A stretch of DNA of 64,000 nt, taken from NCBI GenBank assembly GCA_039811685.1, contig JBDHZC010000003.1, positions 64,001-128,000 on the forward strand. The letters are read 5' to 3'. This document shows positions 39,029 through 48,853 of the stretch, piece by piece (the first letter of the stretch is position 1; each line of letters starts with the position of its first letter). Source of the stretch: Armatimonadota bacterium. GTDB taxonomy: Bacteria > Armatimonadota > UBA5829 > DSUL01. The notes under the pieces were generated by a model, which was not told the origin of the DNA, ran no database searches, and saw only the letters and a program-made list of their open reading frames with translations. A program made the position numbers and the translations under genes.

Positions 39029-40855
39029 TTGCGTGAAATCGGTTCTTCGGTAGCCCGTCAGACTGGGCGTGAGTTTGAGACCACAGAGTTCAGGCTCCTG
39101 TTGATGTCGGTGCTGGCTGGCGCGATAGGGCTGGTGGCCGGATTCATCGCCTTTGGTCTCTACAAGCTGATCGGATTCTTTACCAATCTATTCTTCTACG
39201 GCAGGCTCTCCACTGCTCTGGTCAGCCCGGCGCACACGCATCTGGGCTTCTGGATTGTTGGGATCACAACGCTCGGTGGATTGGTCATCGGCATAATGGC
39301 GCGCTACGGATCGTCGGCGATTCGCGGGCACGGAATTCCAGAGGCGATGGAAGCGATCCTGATAAACAACAGCCGGATTTCTCCGAGAGTTGGCGTACTC
39401 AAACCGATCTCCGCAGCCTTGGCTATTGGAACCGGCGGCCCTTTCGGAGCTGAAGGCCCGATCATACAGACGGGCGGCGCTTTTGGCTCCTTCATTGGCC
39501 AGTTACTTCACACAACTGCGGCGGAGCGCAAGGTCTTGCTGGCGTGCGGCGCGGCGGCAGGCATGGCGGCCACGTTCAGCGCTCCCATAGCAAGCGTGAT
39601 TCTTGCCATTCAGCTCCTGCTGTTTGAGTTTCGTTCGCGCTCGTTCATCCCGCTGGTTATCGCGAGCGCTCTCGCGGCTGGAGTGCACCTGCAGCTTCTC
39701 GGCCGCGGAGCCATGTTCAGTGTTGGAAACGTGAACTTTGGAATGCCGTATCAGTTGCCGGTCTTTGCCGTGCTGGGGCTGATTTGCGGCGTCGCGGCGT
39801 CCTTGTTTACGAGAGTGTTGTACTGGATGGAAGACACTTTCGAGCGCCTGCCGCTCGATCCACTCTGGTGGCCGGCTATTGCTGGCATCGGGCTGGGTGT
39901 CTTGGGTGTGATTGAACCGCGAGTGCTCGGTGTGGGCTACGATACCATTTCCGATATCCTCCACAACAATCTGGCGTTTCAGACGTTGCTCGCGGTGATG
40001 GCGCTCAAACTTGCGGCTCTCGTCCTGACTATTGGGTCCGGTACTTCTGGAGGTCTGCTCGCTCCGATGTTTATGGCGGGTGCGGCTCTTGGCGGCGTTT
40101 TCGCTATGGCCGCGAACGCTGTATTTCCCTGGCTCGGACTTGCGCCGTCCGCTTATGCTGTGGCGGGAATGGCGGCGCTGTTTGGGTCGGCGTCCCGCGC
40201 GGGTTTTGCTCTGATCGTCTTTGCTTTCGAGATCACGCGAGACTACGATTCTATATTGCCGCTTATGGTTACCGTGGTGATTGCCGAAGGTATCGCGATA
40301 GCGACCAGCCGCAATTCAGTGATGACCGAAAAGCTGGCCAGGCGAGGTATTCGGGTGCCGCAGGATTTTGAATCTGACGTGTTCGCACAGGTTTCAGTTC
40401 AGCAAGTTATGGAAAGCGAAGTGCAGACTGTCCCGGCGACTATGACAGCGGGTGATCTGGCTGAACGGGTGACGCGCCGCGATCCCTCTCTCGCTCATTA
40501 TCACGCTTTTCCCGTTGTCTCTGAATCCGGGGCTCTTGTGGGAATGGTGACGCGTTCCGATATCATGCGCGCGCTCGAACGGGGGCAGGAAGAGTTGACT
40601 GTCGAGCAAGCCGGGACAACGGACGTGATCGTAGCGTACCCCGACGAGCCACTTCACGACGCCGTCGCCCGGATGCTGTGGGCGGATGTCGGCCGCCTCC
40701 CGGTTGTCAAGCGCGAGAGGCCGGATCAGCTCGTCGGATATCTCGACAGAGCCTGCGCCCTGGGCGCCCGCCTGGAACGGTTGCGGCGGGAACACGTTCG
40801 CGAGACGGGATGGTTGCGTGCGCTCAAAGGAGCGGCGGGCAGGCGTACTCTCTAG
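39029..40855 (+). CDS. CLC-family anion channel/transporter with two CBS domains
   Basis: GHGIPE, GGPFGAEGP, GAAAGMAATF.AP and GTSGGLLAP; C-terminal CBS pair. Confidence 0.92.
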   Translation: MREIGSSVARQTGREFETTEFRLLLMSVLAGAIGLVAGFIAFGLYKLIGFFTNLFFYGRLSTALVSPAHTHLGFWIVGITTLGGLVIGIMARYGSSAIRGHGIPEAMEAILINNSRISPRVGVLKPISAALAIGTGGPFGAEGPIIQTGGAFGSFIGQLLHTTAAERKVLLACGAAAGMAATFSAPIASVILAIQLLLFEFRSRSFIPLVIASALAAGVHLQLLGRGAMFSVGNVNFGMPYQLPVFAVLGLICGVAASLFTRVLYWMEDTFERLPLDPLWWPAIAGIGLGVLGVIEPRVLGVGYDTISDILHNNLAFQTLLAVMALKLAALVLTIGSGTSGGLLAPMFMAGAALGGVFAMAANAVFPWLGLAPSAYAVAGMAALFGSASRAGFALIVFAFEITRDYDSILPLMVTVVIAEGIAIATSRNSVMTEKLARRGIRVPQDFESDVFAQVSVQQVMESEVQTVPATMTAGDLAERVTRRDPSLAHYHAFPVVSESGALVGMVTRSDIMRALERGQEELTVEQAGTTDVIVAYPDEPLHDAVARMLWADVGRLPVVKRERPDQLVGYLDRACALGARLERLRREHVRETGWLRALKGAAGRRTL

Positions 40856-40963
40856 GATCAATCTGCCGGCGCCAGACTCTGGCAGGAAAGCTTGCGGGGC
40901 ACGGAGAAACTGGCAATGCGCTGGTTCTCGCGCGTTTTGTACACTGACGCTTGAGGAGATTAG

Positions 40964-41422
40964 ATGGAATCCGGATTGCCCGCACAGTCATCCCACACTG
41001 CCCGCGACGTGGGATACCTTATTATTCGGCTTGTCCTGGGGATTGTATTTTTTGCCCACGGCTCGCAGAAGCTGCTCGGCCTGTTCGGTGGCGAAGGGCC
41101 GGCTGCGTTTGTACAACAGGCCGGTGTCCCGGCAGTGCTTGCGTGGGTGGCAATGTTTGCTGAGTTCTTCGGCAGCTTTGGCCTCATCTCCGGTGTCCTT
41201 CCAAGACTTTCCGCTCTGGGCATCCTGGTTGTGATGGTCGTTGCAGTCCTCCGCGTCCACCTTCGCAACGGGTTTTTCATGAACTGGGGTGGCAAGGCTC
41301 CCGGAGAGGGATTTGAGTATCACATTCTCGTCATGGCGATGTGTCTGTTGATCGTGCTCTCTGGGCCAGGCCGGTTTGCGCTGATGCCCAACTGGGAAGG
41401 GCGTCTTGTCACTGGCCGCTAG
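40964..41422 (+). CDS. DoxX family membrane protein
   Basis: RLVLG..F.AHGSQKL.G.FGG, AEF.G, GFEY and GPGRFAL. Confidence 0.9.
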   Translation: MESGLPAQSSHTARDVGYLIIRLVLGIVFFAHGSQKLLGLFGGEGPAAFVQQAGVPAVLAWVAMFAEFFGSFGLISGVLPRLSALGILVVMVVAVLRVHLRNGFFMNWGGKAPGEGFEYHILVMAMCLLIVLSGPGRFALMPNWEGRLVTGR

Positions 41423-41585
41423 AGCGCGCCGGTTTATTGCCAGTTGAGCTCCCGCAGCGCACCGCTGGCAAGATTGCAATGCGTCTGTGTTAGCGCAATC
41501 ACAAGCTCGACTGCTATACTGTGGGCACTCCTACCCATACTTCGAAGTGAGAGTAACAAGAGCAATTTGAAAGGAGCGTCTGAAC

Positions 41586-42017
41586 GTGCCTTATACCGGA
41601 GATCCTGACCTGCCTGTCCGCCGGACGGAAGAGTGGTTTCTGGCCATCGTAACGGGCTGTATGATAGTGGTCATTCTGGTTGGAATAGTCGGGTTTATGA
41701 GAGCGCACGACACCGCCGGGATGGCCGGCCCCACAATGGCGCCTCAGTTGGGAATTGGTGTTGACGTAAGCCGCGGGACGGCTGCTGTAGGGTCGTCTCG
41801 GTCCGGGAGCAGCCCATTCTCTGAGCGCGGAGCGGTGAGTTATGGGAGCTGGCAGGAGCCGCGTCACGTTCCGGAAGGCGGTATTGATCTCAGCAACGCC
41901 AGGCGCGGAACTGGCGCAGGACCGTCCGGTTGCTACGCAAACCCAAAACTCGACAAAGGAGCTGTTGACATCGGTCCTTCTCAGATTGAACAGACCATCA
42001 AGCAGCTCAGCATCTGA
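41586..42017 (+). CDS. Hypothetical single-TM protein
   Basis: AAGGAG RBS before GTG; one hydrophobic helix; fills the gap between genes; no motif recognised. Confidence 0.55.
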   Translation: MPYTGDPDLPVRRTEEWFLAIVTGCMIVVILVGIVGFMRAHDTAGMAGPTMAPQLGIGVDVSRGTAAVGSSRSGSSPFSERGAVSYGSWQEPRHVPEGGIDLSNARRGTGAGPSGCYANPKLDKGAVDIGPSQIEQTIKQLSI

Positions 42018-42047
42018 ACTGCTCTGCCGTCTGCCTCGTGTGTTGTC

Positions 42048-42077
42048 TTGACAGGGGAACACGGACAGCAGTACTAT
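42048..42077 (+). promoter_or_regulatory. Candidate sigma70 promoter for lemA
   Basis: TTGACA-N18-TACTAT. Confidence 0.45.
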
Positions 42078-42159
42078 ACTTGCGCGGCTGAGATCTCTCT
42101 TGATCTAGTAGCTATCTGAGGGTTTTCGCTTTGTGTATCAGCGCTAACGGAGGCGCAAA

Positions 42160-42726
42160 ATGGGTTTTCTAGCTGTAGTGCTGCTTGGTTTCATACTGCT
42201 TGCAGTGATAGTCGCGCTCTGGTGGATTGGCATCTACAACCGCCTGATAGCGCTGCGAAACGAGATTGAGAACCTGTGGAGCCAGATTGACGTTCAGTTG
42301 CGTCGCCGCTTTGATCTGATTCCAAATCTCGTCGAGACGGTCAAAGGCTATGCGTCCCACGAGAAGGAGATTTTTGAAAAAGTCGCCGAAGCCAGAGCGC
42401 AGATGTTGAACGCAAAGAGCCCCACAGACCAGGTTCAAGCGGACAACATGCTGACCGGGGCACTCAAGAGCCTCTTCGCTGTTGCCGAAGCCTACCCGGA
42501 CCTCAAGGCAAATCAAAACTTCCTCAGCCTTCAGGAGGAACTTTCGTCCACGGAAACCCAGATTGCGCGCGCTCGAGAGACGTACAACGACGCCGTAATG
42601 AGCTATAACACACTCAAACAGTCGTTCCCCGCCAGCATCGTCGCCAGTACCGGTGGCTTTGGCGCGAAGCCTTACTTCCCTGTAGAGGAAGAGGCACGCG
42701 AGCCGGTCAAGGTCAGCTTCGCCTAG
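42160..42726 (+). CDS. lemA: LemA family protein
   Basis: YNRL, WSQIDVQLRRR.DLIPNLVETVKGYA.HE, AVAEAYPDLKANQNF and FPA. Confidence 0.95.
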   Translation: MGFLAVVLLGFILLAVIVALWWIGIYNRLIALRNEIENLWSQIDVQLRRRFDLIPNLVETVKGYASHEKEIFEKVAEARAQMLNAKSPTDQVQADNMLTGALKSLFAVAEAYPDLKANQNFLSLQEELSSTETQIARARETYNDAVMSYNTLKQSFPASIVASTGGFGAKPYFPVEEEAREPVKVSFA

Positions 42727-42767
42727 ACTCCTTCAACGCCATCCTCGTTTGTTGAGTCAGACGTCGC

Positions 42768-43496
42768 CTATTCGATGATGCTGCGCACAACGCGCACCCC
42801 GTTAAGCGCCAGATGGTACAGGAAGACGGTGTGCATGAGGTCGCCGGGATGTGGCAGCGCTCCCAGTTGTCGCGCGGTCTGCACGCTCAAATCATAGGTC
42901 TGGACACAGTCTGCCGGGACGATAACATCCATCTTTTCACCAGCCGCGTTGGCGCCTGTGCGCAGATGCGTCGCGAGCTGGTACACGCACAGATCTGTGC
43001 AGTCTCCTACGCAAATTGCCGTATGCAGATTTGCTTCGTGTACCGTCGCGTCAAAAGCCGTGTTCGGACTTGGGTTTGTTGAGTACTTGGGAATTATCTG
43101 AAACAGTTCTGCGAATGGCAATGAGCGAAGAGGCTCAATGGTATCAGCTTCGGAAGTCCCGGCCACACAGTGCGGCGGCCACGACGCAAACTCCGGAGAA
43201 TCGGCGGGGTGGGCGTCCTGTGGCAGGATAAACGTCCGTACGCCCACTTCATAGACCCGTGTGAAGAGATCGGCGACACGGCTCGCAATGGCTTCGACAC
43301 GTGGGCTGGCCAGCGCTCCCTCGTAGCAGAAGCCGTTGATCATATCCACACAGAAAACCCCTATGCGCTCCGGTCCACCGCTGGCTAGCGCAATCTGCTC
43401 CAGACTCATATCCTCCAGATTGCTTTGCCAGTCCGATAACCAGTCCAGAAATTCGTGCGCGGATGCCGTAAGTTCGTTTTCAGTCTGTGCTTGCAT
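42768..43496 (-). CDS. Isochorismatase/nicotinamidase-like cysteine hydrolase
   Basis: VDMINGF..GALAS, DAH, WPPHC..GT and GDCTDLCV; AGGAGG RBS. Confidence 0.88.
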   Translation of the reverse strand: MQAQTENELTASAHEFLDWLSDWQSNLEDMSLEQIALASGGPERIGVFCVDMINGFCYEGALASPRVEAIASRVADLFTRVYEVGVRTFILPQDAHPADSPEFASWPPHCVAGTSEADTIEPLRSLPFAELFQIIPKYSTNPSPNTAFDATVHEANLHTAICVGDCTDLCVYQLATHLRTGANAAGEKMDVIVPADCVQTYDLSVQTARQLGALPHPGDLMHTVFLYHLALNGVRVVRSIIE

Positions 43497-43557
43497 AGTA
43501 TTGCTCCTCCTCTGAGATTGTACCGGCAAGCGCCACGACCGGCATGCGCCCAAAGCC

Positions 43558-43588
43558 AAAAAAGCGCCCTGAGACACTCAGGGCGCTT
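43558..43588 (-). terminator. Intrinsic terminator after the PEP-CTERM gene
   Basis: AAGCGCCCTGAG-tgt-CTCAGGGCGCTT followed by a T run on the minus strand. Confidence 0.82.
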
Positions 43589-43611
43589 CAATGTTTATAT
43601 TGGAGCCGGCG

Positions 43612-44133
43612 TCAGGCTCTCTTGCGGCGAAGAAGACCCAGGCTGCTGAGTCCGCCTAGCATAGCAATCAGAGCGCTCGGCTCAGGGACGACAGTGCGCG
43701 GGACGTAAATTGGGACAATCTCTTCGTGTTGGTCAGAGAAACGAATCGTTGACTGGACTGTCACCGGACCCGCGTCGCTCGTTGTGTCGCTGAATCCGAA
43801 GAGTTCGGTGGTGTCAGCCGGTCCCCAGGGCAGCGGGCCATCTGGCGACGTGTAATCACCCAGATCGAACACGTTTCCACCAGCCCATGTCCAGGACATA
43901 ATGCCCTTGTCGCTGGAAGAGTTGTCCAGCTCCCAGTAATAATAGAAGACTGGGAAGCTGTCGGTCGGCTCCTGCACGAAGGAATCGTAGTAGTACTGGT
44001 AGCCGGGCCCAACCGGAGGGATGTCGTTCAGGGCCGGATACACATATTCAAAGTCCGCCCGGGCAGCTGTGGCCAAAGCGGCTATGGAGACAAGCGCAAG
44101 CAGATAAGCGCAGCATTTGCGAAGTCGGGTCAT
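43612..44133 (-). CDS. PEP-CTERM sorting-domain protein of unknown function
   Basis: Signal peptide (..ATAARA|D); C-terminal VPEPSALIAMLGGLSSLGLLRRKRA. Confidence 0.87.
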   Translation of the reverse strand: MTRLRKCCAYLLALVSIAALATAARADFEYVYPALNDIPPVGPGYQYYYDSFVQEPTDSFPVFYYYWELDNSSSDKGIMSWTWAGGNVFDLGDYTSPDGPLPWGPADTTELFGFSDTTSDAGPVTVQSTIRFSDQHEEIVPIYVPRTVVPEPSALIAMLGGLSSLGLLRRKRA

Positions 44134-44311
44134 AGTGGTTATCCTCGTTTCTTAACTTACTCCGGCACGCGTCAACGGATCATCTGGCGCTCTGCTGGAA
44201 ATTCCTTAGCGAGTATCCGTAACAGTGCAGAATCGCAGATTTGCCGGAGAAGGTTTATGAATCCGAGCCGGGTGCGCGCTGCTCACCCATTGCCGTTTGG
44301 CTTGAGATGCC

Positions 44312-44358
44312 GGCGCTTTGTGCTATGGCGCCAGTGCTATAGCGCCAGTGCTATAGCA
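44312..44358. repeat. Short tandem repeat, about 3 x 14 bp (RGCGCCAGTGCTAT)
   Basis: ggcgctttgtgctat-ggcgccagtgctat-agcgccagtgctat-agca in a divergent intergenic region. Confidence 0.6.
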
Positions 44359-44663
44359 TTGATGCGTTCGCACCAGTGTGGTCGCAACGGACGCGTTGGA
44401 TACACTTATGCGTGTCATCTCAGAGTGAGCGTAATGCGCATTCGCGGTTCGCGCTATGTGCAGTGAACGGAGCTTCGGGGGCAGCGAAGCAGCCGCTTTG
44501 AACCAAAGTTGACTCGAATATTGAGCCTGAAGACGAATACAGTATCCAGGCTCCCTTCTATCTTAGCTCCCAGCAGGCGTCAGGTCAAGCTCTTCTGATC
44601 AAAACTGGTACCCTTACCGGCAGTACACAATGGATTGCCGCGCCTCTGAGATATAATTCGACT

Positions 44664-45470
44664 ATGGAACCTACCATCACCGTATCCGCTCAGCAGATTG
44701 ACTTTTTCCGCCGCAACGGATTTCTCTCCATTGAAGCCATAACGGACGCCAGTGAAATCGCGAGTCTGCGCCAAGTCTATGACAGCCTCTTTGAGAGGCG
44801 CGCCGGACGGGAAGTCGGGGATGAGTTTGATCTGGCCGGCGCGGATCAGGACGGCGAAGTCGCCCGCCTTCCCCAGATTCTCTCACCCAGCAAGTACGCG
44901 CCGGAGTTCGCTGAGGGTCTCATGCGTGTGAACGCGCTGCAGGTAGCGCGCCAGCTTCTTGGTGAGGAAGCTGATTGGGGTGGGGATCACGCCATCTTCA
45001 AGCCTGCGCTCTACGGAGCTGAAACGCCGTGGCATCAGGACGAGGCGTACTGGGACTCCTCACTTTCGTACAACAGCATCAGCATCTGGGTTCCATTGCA
45101 GGAAGCGACGGTGGAAAACGGGTGCATGTGGTTTGTTCCGGGCAGTCAGAACAGCCCGCTTCTACCTCACCACTCAATAGGCCATGACCCGCGCGTGCAC
45201 GGGCTGGAAGTTGACCGGGAGCCGATGGACGCCGCGGTGGATCTTTCCAGCGCGGTTGCATGTCCTCTACCGCCCGGGGGCGCAACCATCCATCACAATC
45301 GCACGCTCCACTACACCGGGCCGAACACTTCTCCTGTTCCAAGGCGCGCCTATATCATGGCCTTCGCGTTACCGCCACAGAAGCTGGATGAGCCGCGAGA
45401 TTTCTACTGGAACCGCATCAAGCAGGCGCCTCGCCAGGAAAGAGCCGCCCGCGCCGCAGCCGGCGCCTAA
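44664..45470 (+). CDS. Phytanoyl-CoA dioxygenase (PhyH)-family Fe(II)/2OG oxygenase
   Basis: F..NGF, TPWHQD, ENGCM.F.PGS and LHYTGPN.S..PRR. Confidence 0.9.
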   Translation: MEPTITVSAQQIDFFRRNGFLSIEAITDASEIASLRQVYDSLFERRAGREVGDEFDLAGADQDGEVARLPQILSPSKYAPEFAEGLMRVNALQVARQLLGEEADWGGDHAIFKPALYGAETPWHQDEAYWDSSLSYNSISIWVPLQEATVENGCMWFVPGSQNSPLLPHHSIGHDPRVHGLEVDREPMDAAVDLSSAVACPLPPGGATIHHNRTLHYTGPNTSPVPRRAYIMAFALPPQKLDEPRDFYWNRIKQAPRQERAARAAAGA

Positions 45471-46300
45471 CTCACACCCAGAGCGCGCTGAACCTCAGCC
45501 TCCCAGGTCCCAGCGACCGTAACACCGTACTCGCGCAGGCCTCCTGTCGCCTTCGGTCCGGTCATATAGGGGCGGTAGTCTCGATCTGGTTCGATCAGAT
45601 CGCTCGCCGCGTAGTTCACGTGAAGAAAGTGAAGAGCAACTCCCGCGCGCTCATGGTCTGAGTTGTTCGGGCCGGTGCAATGGGGTGTCCCATAACAGAA
45701 GAAGATGGCGCCTCCTGCCGCGAGCTCCACTGGAACGCCTTCATCCTCGCACGGGTAGCATCGGATGTGGTGGTCGCTGTCTGGATCGCGAACGTGCTCC
45801 ATCTCTTCTCGAAAACGATTCGGGATGACTCGCATGGTCCCGTTCTCCACGGTCGCGCCATGCACGGCAGTCCACAGCGCCGTTCCCTTCATAGGATCAG
45901 ATATTCGGAAGTACGCGTTGTCCTGGTGCCAGTTCGTGCCAGTTCCGGCCCGGGCAGGCTTCCAGAAGACCTGGTCCAGATGAAGAATGAACGGATTCCC
46001 AATCAGCTTTCCAACCGCATCTATCACTTTCGGCGCAAAAGGCATGGCCCGGAAGAGCGCGCTGTGGTCGTACATGGGACACAGTTGCAGATTCTCTTTT
46101 GAGCGCGAGGGGGTCTTGCCATCCCCGTCCGTCGCAACATTTCGCATGGCGCCGGAGCCTTTCAGACGCTCCAGCTCCTTGCGCATAGCCGCTACTTCGC
46201 GCTTAGTCCAGAACTCCGGAACAGCCACCCAGCCATGCTCGTGGAACTTCAGCGCCTGCTCATCCGTCAACTGATTCCCGTCTGATTCCAATCCGCTCAT
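45467..46300 (-). CDS. Phytanoyl-CoA dioxygenase (PhyH)-family Fe(II)/2OG oxygenase
   Basis: FWKP, WHQDNAYF, TVENGTM and PHCTGPN.S..R. Confidence 0.9.
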   Translation of the reverse strand: MSGLESDGNQLTDEQALKFHEHGWVAVPEFWTKREVAAMRKELERLKGSGAMRNVATDGDGKTPSRSKENLQLCPMYDHSALFRAMPFAPKVIDAVGKLIGNPFILHLDQVFWKPARAGTGTNWHQDNAYFRISDPMKGTALWTAVHGATVENGTMRVIPNRFREEMEHVRDPDSDHHIRCYPCEDEGVPVELAAGGAIFFCYGTPHCTGPNNSDHERAGVALHFLHVNYAASDLIEPDRDYRPYMTGPKATGGLREYGVTVAGTWEAEVQRALGVS

Positions 46301-46347
46301 GCCTCCCCGCCAGATTCTGCGCTCTTTGTCGCAGGTCCACCGGCGCT

Positions 46348-47520
46348 CTAGCCGCCCATTGACCCTGCTCCTGCTCCAGCGTCCAGCGCCGCCCGGAGGA
46401 CGCTGCGGCGAATAGCAAATAGACTGGCTGTCGGCTTCGCAGGACTCGGAAACACTGAATTGGTCAGAAACACCACGTACGCGCCCGTGCCCTTATCCAT
46501 CCAGACGAACGTGCCGGTGAAGCCAGTATGACCGATGAAGACGCCCTTCTCCGCATCGGCTTCTCGCGGGCCGAAAGCGCCAGACCGGTAGATATCCCAG
46601 CCGAATCCCCGCCAGTCGTTTATGGACGGGGCAAGCTGAAGACGGGTCGCCCGCCTGACCAGCGCTTCATCCAGAACTCTGACTCCGTCCAGTTCCCCGC
46701 CGTTCAAAATCATCTGGCAAAACCGCGCCAGGTCCGGTCCGGTTGAGAACAGCCCTGCGTTTCCGGGAGTGTGAGTCTCACACCCGTAGTAGCGGGCCAG
46801 CGGATCGTGCACGCGGCCTTGTAGGAGCGAGCCGTCTGGAAGCGGGACAGTCGGCGCGGCCCGGCGCATCTGATCTGGACTAAGTGAGTAAGCCGTGTCA
46901 CGCATACCGATGGGATTCCAGACTCTGCGCCGCAGAATGTCCTCCATCCGCTCTCCCGATGCGTTCTCGACAACGCGAGCCAGCGTCTGCATATTCAGAC
47001 AGCTATAGTTGACCCGCGTGGCGCGGGGGAAGGGGCGTTTCAGGGTGGCGTAGTGGTTGATCAGTGCATCGGCGTTTGACTCGCCTTCTGCCCGCGTTTT
47101 CTCCACAGCCGGCGCGCTGTCGTAAGCCGGCATGCCAGAGGTATGGGTCAGCAGGTCACGGATGACAATGTCGTTCTTCTCGCCCGCAGCATAGGCTGGA
47201 ATATAGCTGGCCACGCGGTCCCAGACAGAAAAACGCCCGTCCTCCAGCATCAGAAGCGCCGCTGTCGTCGTTCCCACCACCTTTGAAACCGACGCCAGAT
47301 CCCACAACGTATCCAGCTTCACAGGAGCCGAGTCAGCGGAGTAAGTCATGCGCCCGTACGCCGCCTGATGCACAATCCTGCCATTGCAGCCGATAACCAC
47401 CACAGCTCCGGGATAGGCGTGTCCGTCCACGCCGCTCTGTACCAGCCTGTCCACGTCAGCCAGATTCGCATGACAGGCGCCGGCGACAAGACAGAGCACA
47501 AGCGTCAGCCATCTCCTCAT
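46348..47520 (-). CDS. Secreted serine hydrolase, beta-lactamase-related family
   Basis: Signal peptide, DLASVSK (SxxK), LLTHTSG, YSC, VHDP, GNAGLFS and GHTGFTGT. Confidence 0.9.
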   Translation of the reverse strand: MRRWLTLVLCLVAGACHANLADVDRLVQSGVDGHAYPGAVVVIGCNGRIVHQAAYGRMTYSADSAPVKLDTLWDLASVSKVVGTTTAALLMLEDGRFSVWDRVASYIPAYAAGEKNDIVIRDLLTHTSGMPAYDSAPAVEKTRAEGESNADALINHYATLKRPFPRATRVNYSCLNMQTLARVVENASGERMEDILRRRVWNPIGMRDTAYSLSPDQMRRAAPTVPLPDGSLLQGRVHDPLARYYGCETHTPGNAGLFSTGPDLARFCQMILNGGELDGVRVLDEALVRRATRLQLAPSINDWRGFGWDIYRSGAFGPREADAEKGVFIGHTGFTGTFVWMDKGTGAYVVFLTNSVFPSPAKPTASLFAIRRSVLRAALDAGAGAGSMGG

Positions 47521-48764
47521 TCTGTTGTTGCTTTCAGCGCCGCTCTTGCCGCCGATCGTCCCGCCACCGCTCCGCTGCTCCACGCCCATTGAAAGTTGTA
47601 TCCTCCCAGCCAGCCATCCACGTCCAGAATCTCGCCTGCGAAAAACAGTCCGGGGCGCAGCCGGCTCTGCATGGTCGCCGGTTCCAGATCGTCCAGCGCC
47701 ACTCCCCCCGCCGTCGCTTCCGCAAATCGGTAGCCGCCGATCCCACTCACGGGAAGGCGCTGGTCCAGCGTCAGTTCGCGCAGCCTCTCCTGGGTCTCCC
47801 TGTTCAGCTTTCCAAGAGGTGTTCGGCCCGCCGCAGCTTCAGCCGCCATCATCTCTGCCAGGCGGTGCGGCAAAAGCGTTGAAAGCGCATTTGACGTCGT
47901 TTTGCGCGCATGCGTCTTGACCAGATTCTGCCAGAACACCCGCTCCTGCCCATCCTCAATCTCAGGCGCAAACCGCGCGTACACCTGCGCTTCGGGATGT
48001 GTCCATCGCTGCCGGACAACATGCCGGCTCAGGTTCAGCGCCGCGGGACCGCTGTAGCCCGTGTGCGTGAACAGGAAGGAACCGGTGAAAGACGCCAGTG
48101 TTTCATTTTTCTCCCGAAGCTGCAAGCGGACCGGCAGGGTGACACCGGAAAGCTGAGCGTGTACAGGCGGCTCCGCAAAGAGCGGGGACAGCGCAGGCGT
48201 CGTCGGTACAAGCGTATGTCCCAGAGTCTGCGCCCACGGGTATCCTGCGCCGTTTGACCCGGATTTCGGAAGCGCCAGCCCGCCTGTGCACACCACAACT
48301 GATCTCGCCGAGTAGCTACCCTCCTGCGTCCGCACCCTCCACAACGCGCCCTCCGGCCGAATATCCTCCACCTTCATGCCGGTCCTGAGTTCGCCGCCCG
48401 CGCTGCTGAGCGCCTCAAGTAGCGCCGTCAGAACCGCTTTGCCGGAGTTGGCGACCGGAAAGTACTTGCCCGTCTTCTCCAGCTTGAGAGGAACCCCGAT
48501 GCGCTCAAAGAAGCGGTGGGTCTCCTCCACATTGAACGCATGCAAAACGCGGTCCACAAAGCGCTCCGAGCCTGAGTTGAAGCACGACGGATGGACATAT
48601 TCATTCGTGACGTTGCACCTGCCCCCGCCCGCCACCAGAATCTTCGCCCCGATCTTCGTCTGCGAATCCAGCGCCAGCGCATGCGCCCCGCGCTCAGCGG
48701 AGGCAATGGCAGCCATCAACCCCGCCGCTCCCGCTCCGACGACGATCACATCCCAGTCCTTCAC
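47517..48764 (-). CDS. HI0933/YhiN/BaiN family FAD-dependent oxidoreductase
   Basis: GAGAAG, KILVAGGGRCNVTN, FTHTG.SGPA.L, TAGGV and GEILDVDG..GGYNFQWAWSSG. Confidence 0.93.
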   Translation of the reverse strand: MKDWDVIVVGAGAAGLMAAIASAERGAHALALDSQTKIGAKILVAGGGRCNVTNEYVHPSCFNSGSERFVDRVLHAFNVEETHRFFERIGVPLKLEKTGKYFPVANSGKAVLTALLEALSSAGGELRTGMKVEDIRPEGALWRVRTQEGSYSARSVVVCTGGLALPKSGSNGAGYPWAQTLGHTLVPTTPALSPLFAEPPVHAQLSGVTLPVRLQLREKNETLASFTGSFLFTHTGYSGPAALNLSRHVVRQRWTHPEAQVYARFAPEIEDGQERVFWQNLVKTHARKTTSNALSTLLPHRLAEMMAAEAAAGRTPLGKLNRETQERLRELTLDQRLPVSGIGGYRFAEATAGGVALDDLEPATMQSRLRPGLFFAGEILDVDGWLGGYNFQWAWSSGAVAGRSAARAALKATTE

Positions 48765-48853
48765 GCGTGGATTGTAGCACAGGCGCACGCGTGCCGAGAG
48801 CGCTCAGCGGCTACGTGATAGTCTGCGGAGCTATCGGCTCCTGCGCATTGCTC

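Noticed and set aside
44312..44358. CRISPR array
   Set aside because: The repeats are 14 bp and contiguous, with no spacers and no cas genes nearby.
46348..47520. Antibiotic-resistance beta-lactamase
   Set aside because: The VHDP, GNAGLFS and GHTGFTG motifs fit the esterase/muropeptide hydrolase-like branch, so resistance cannot be inferred.
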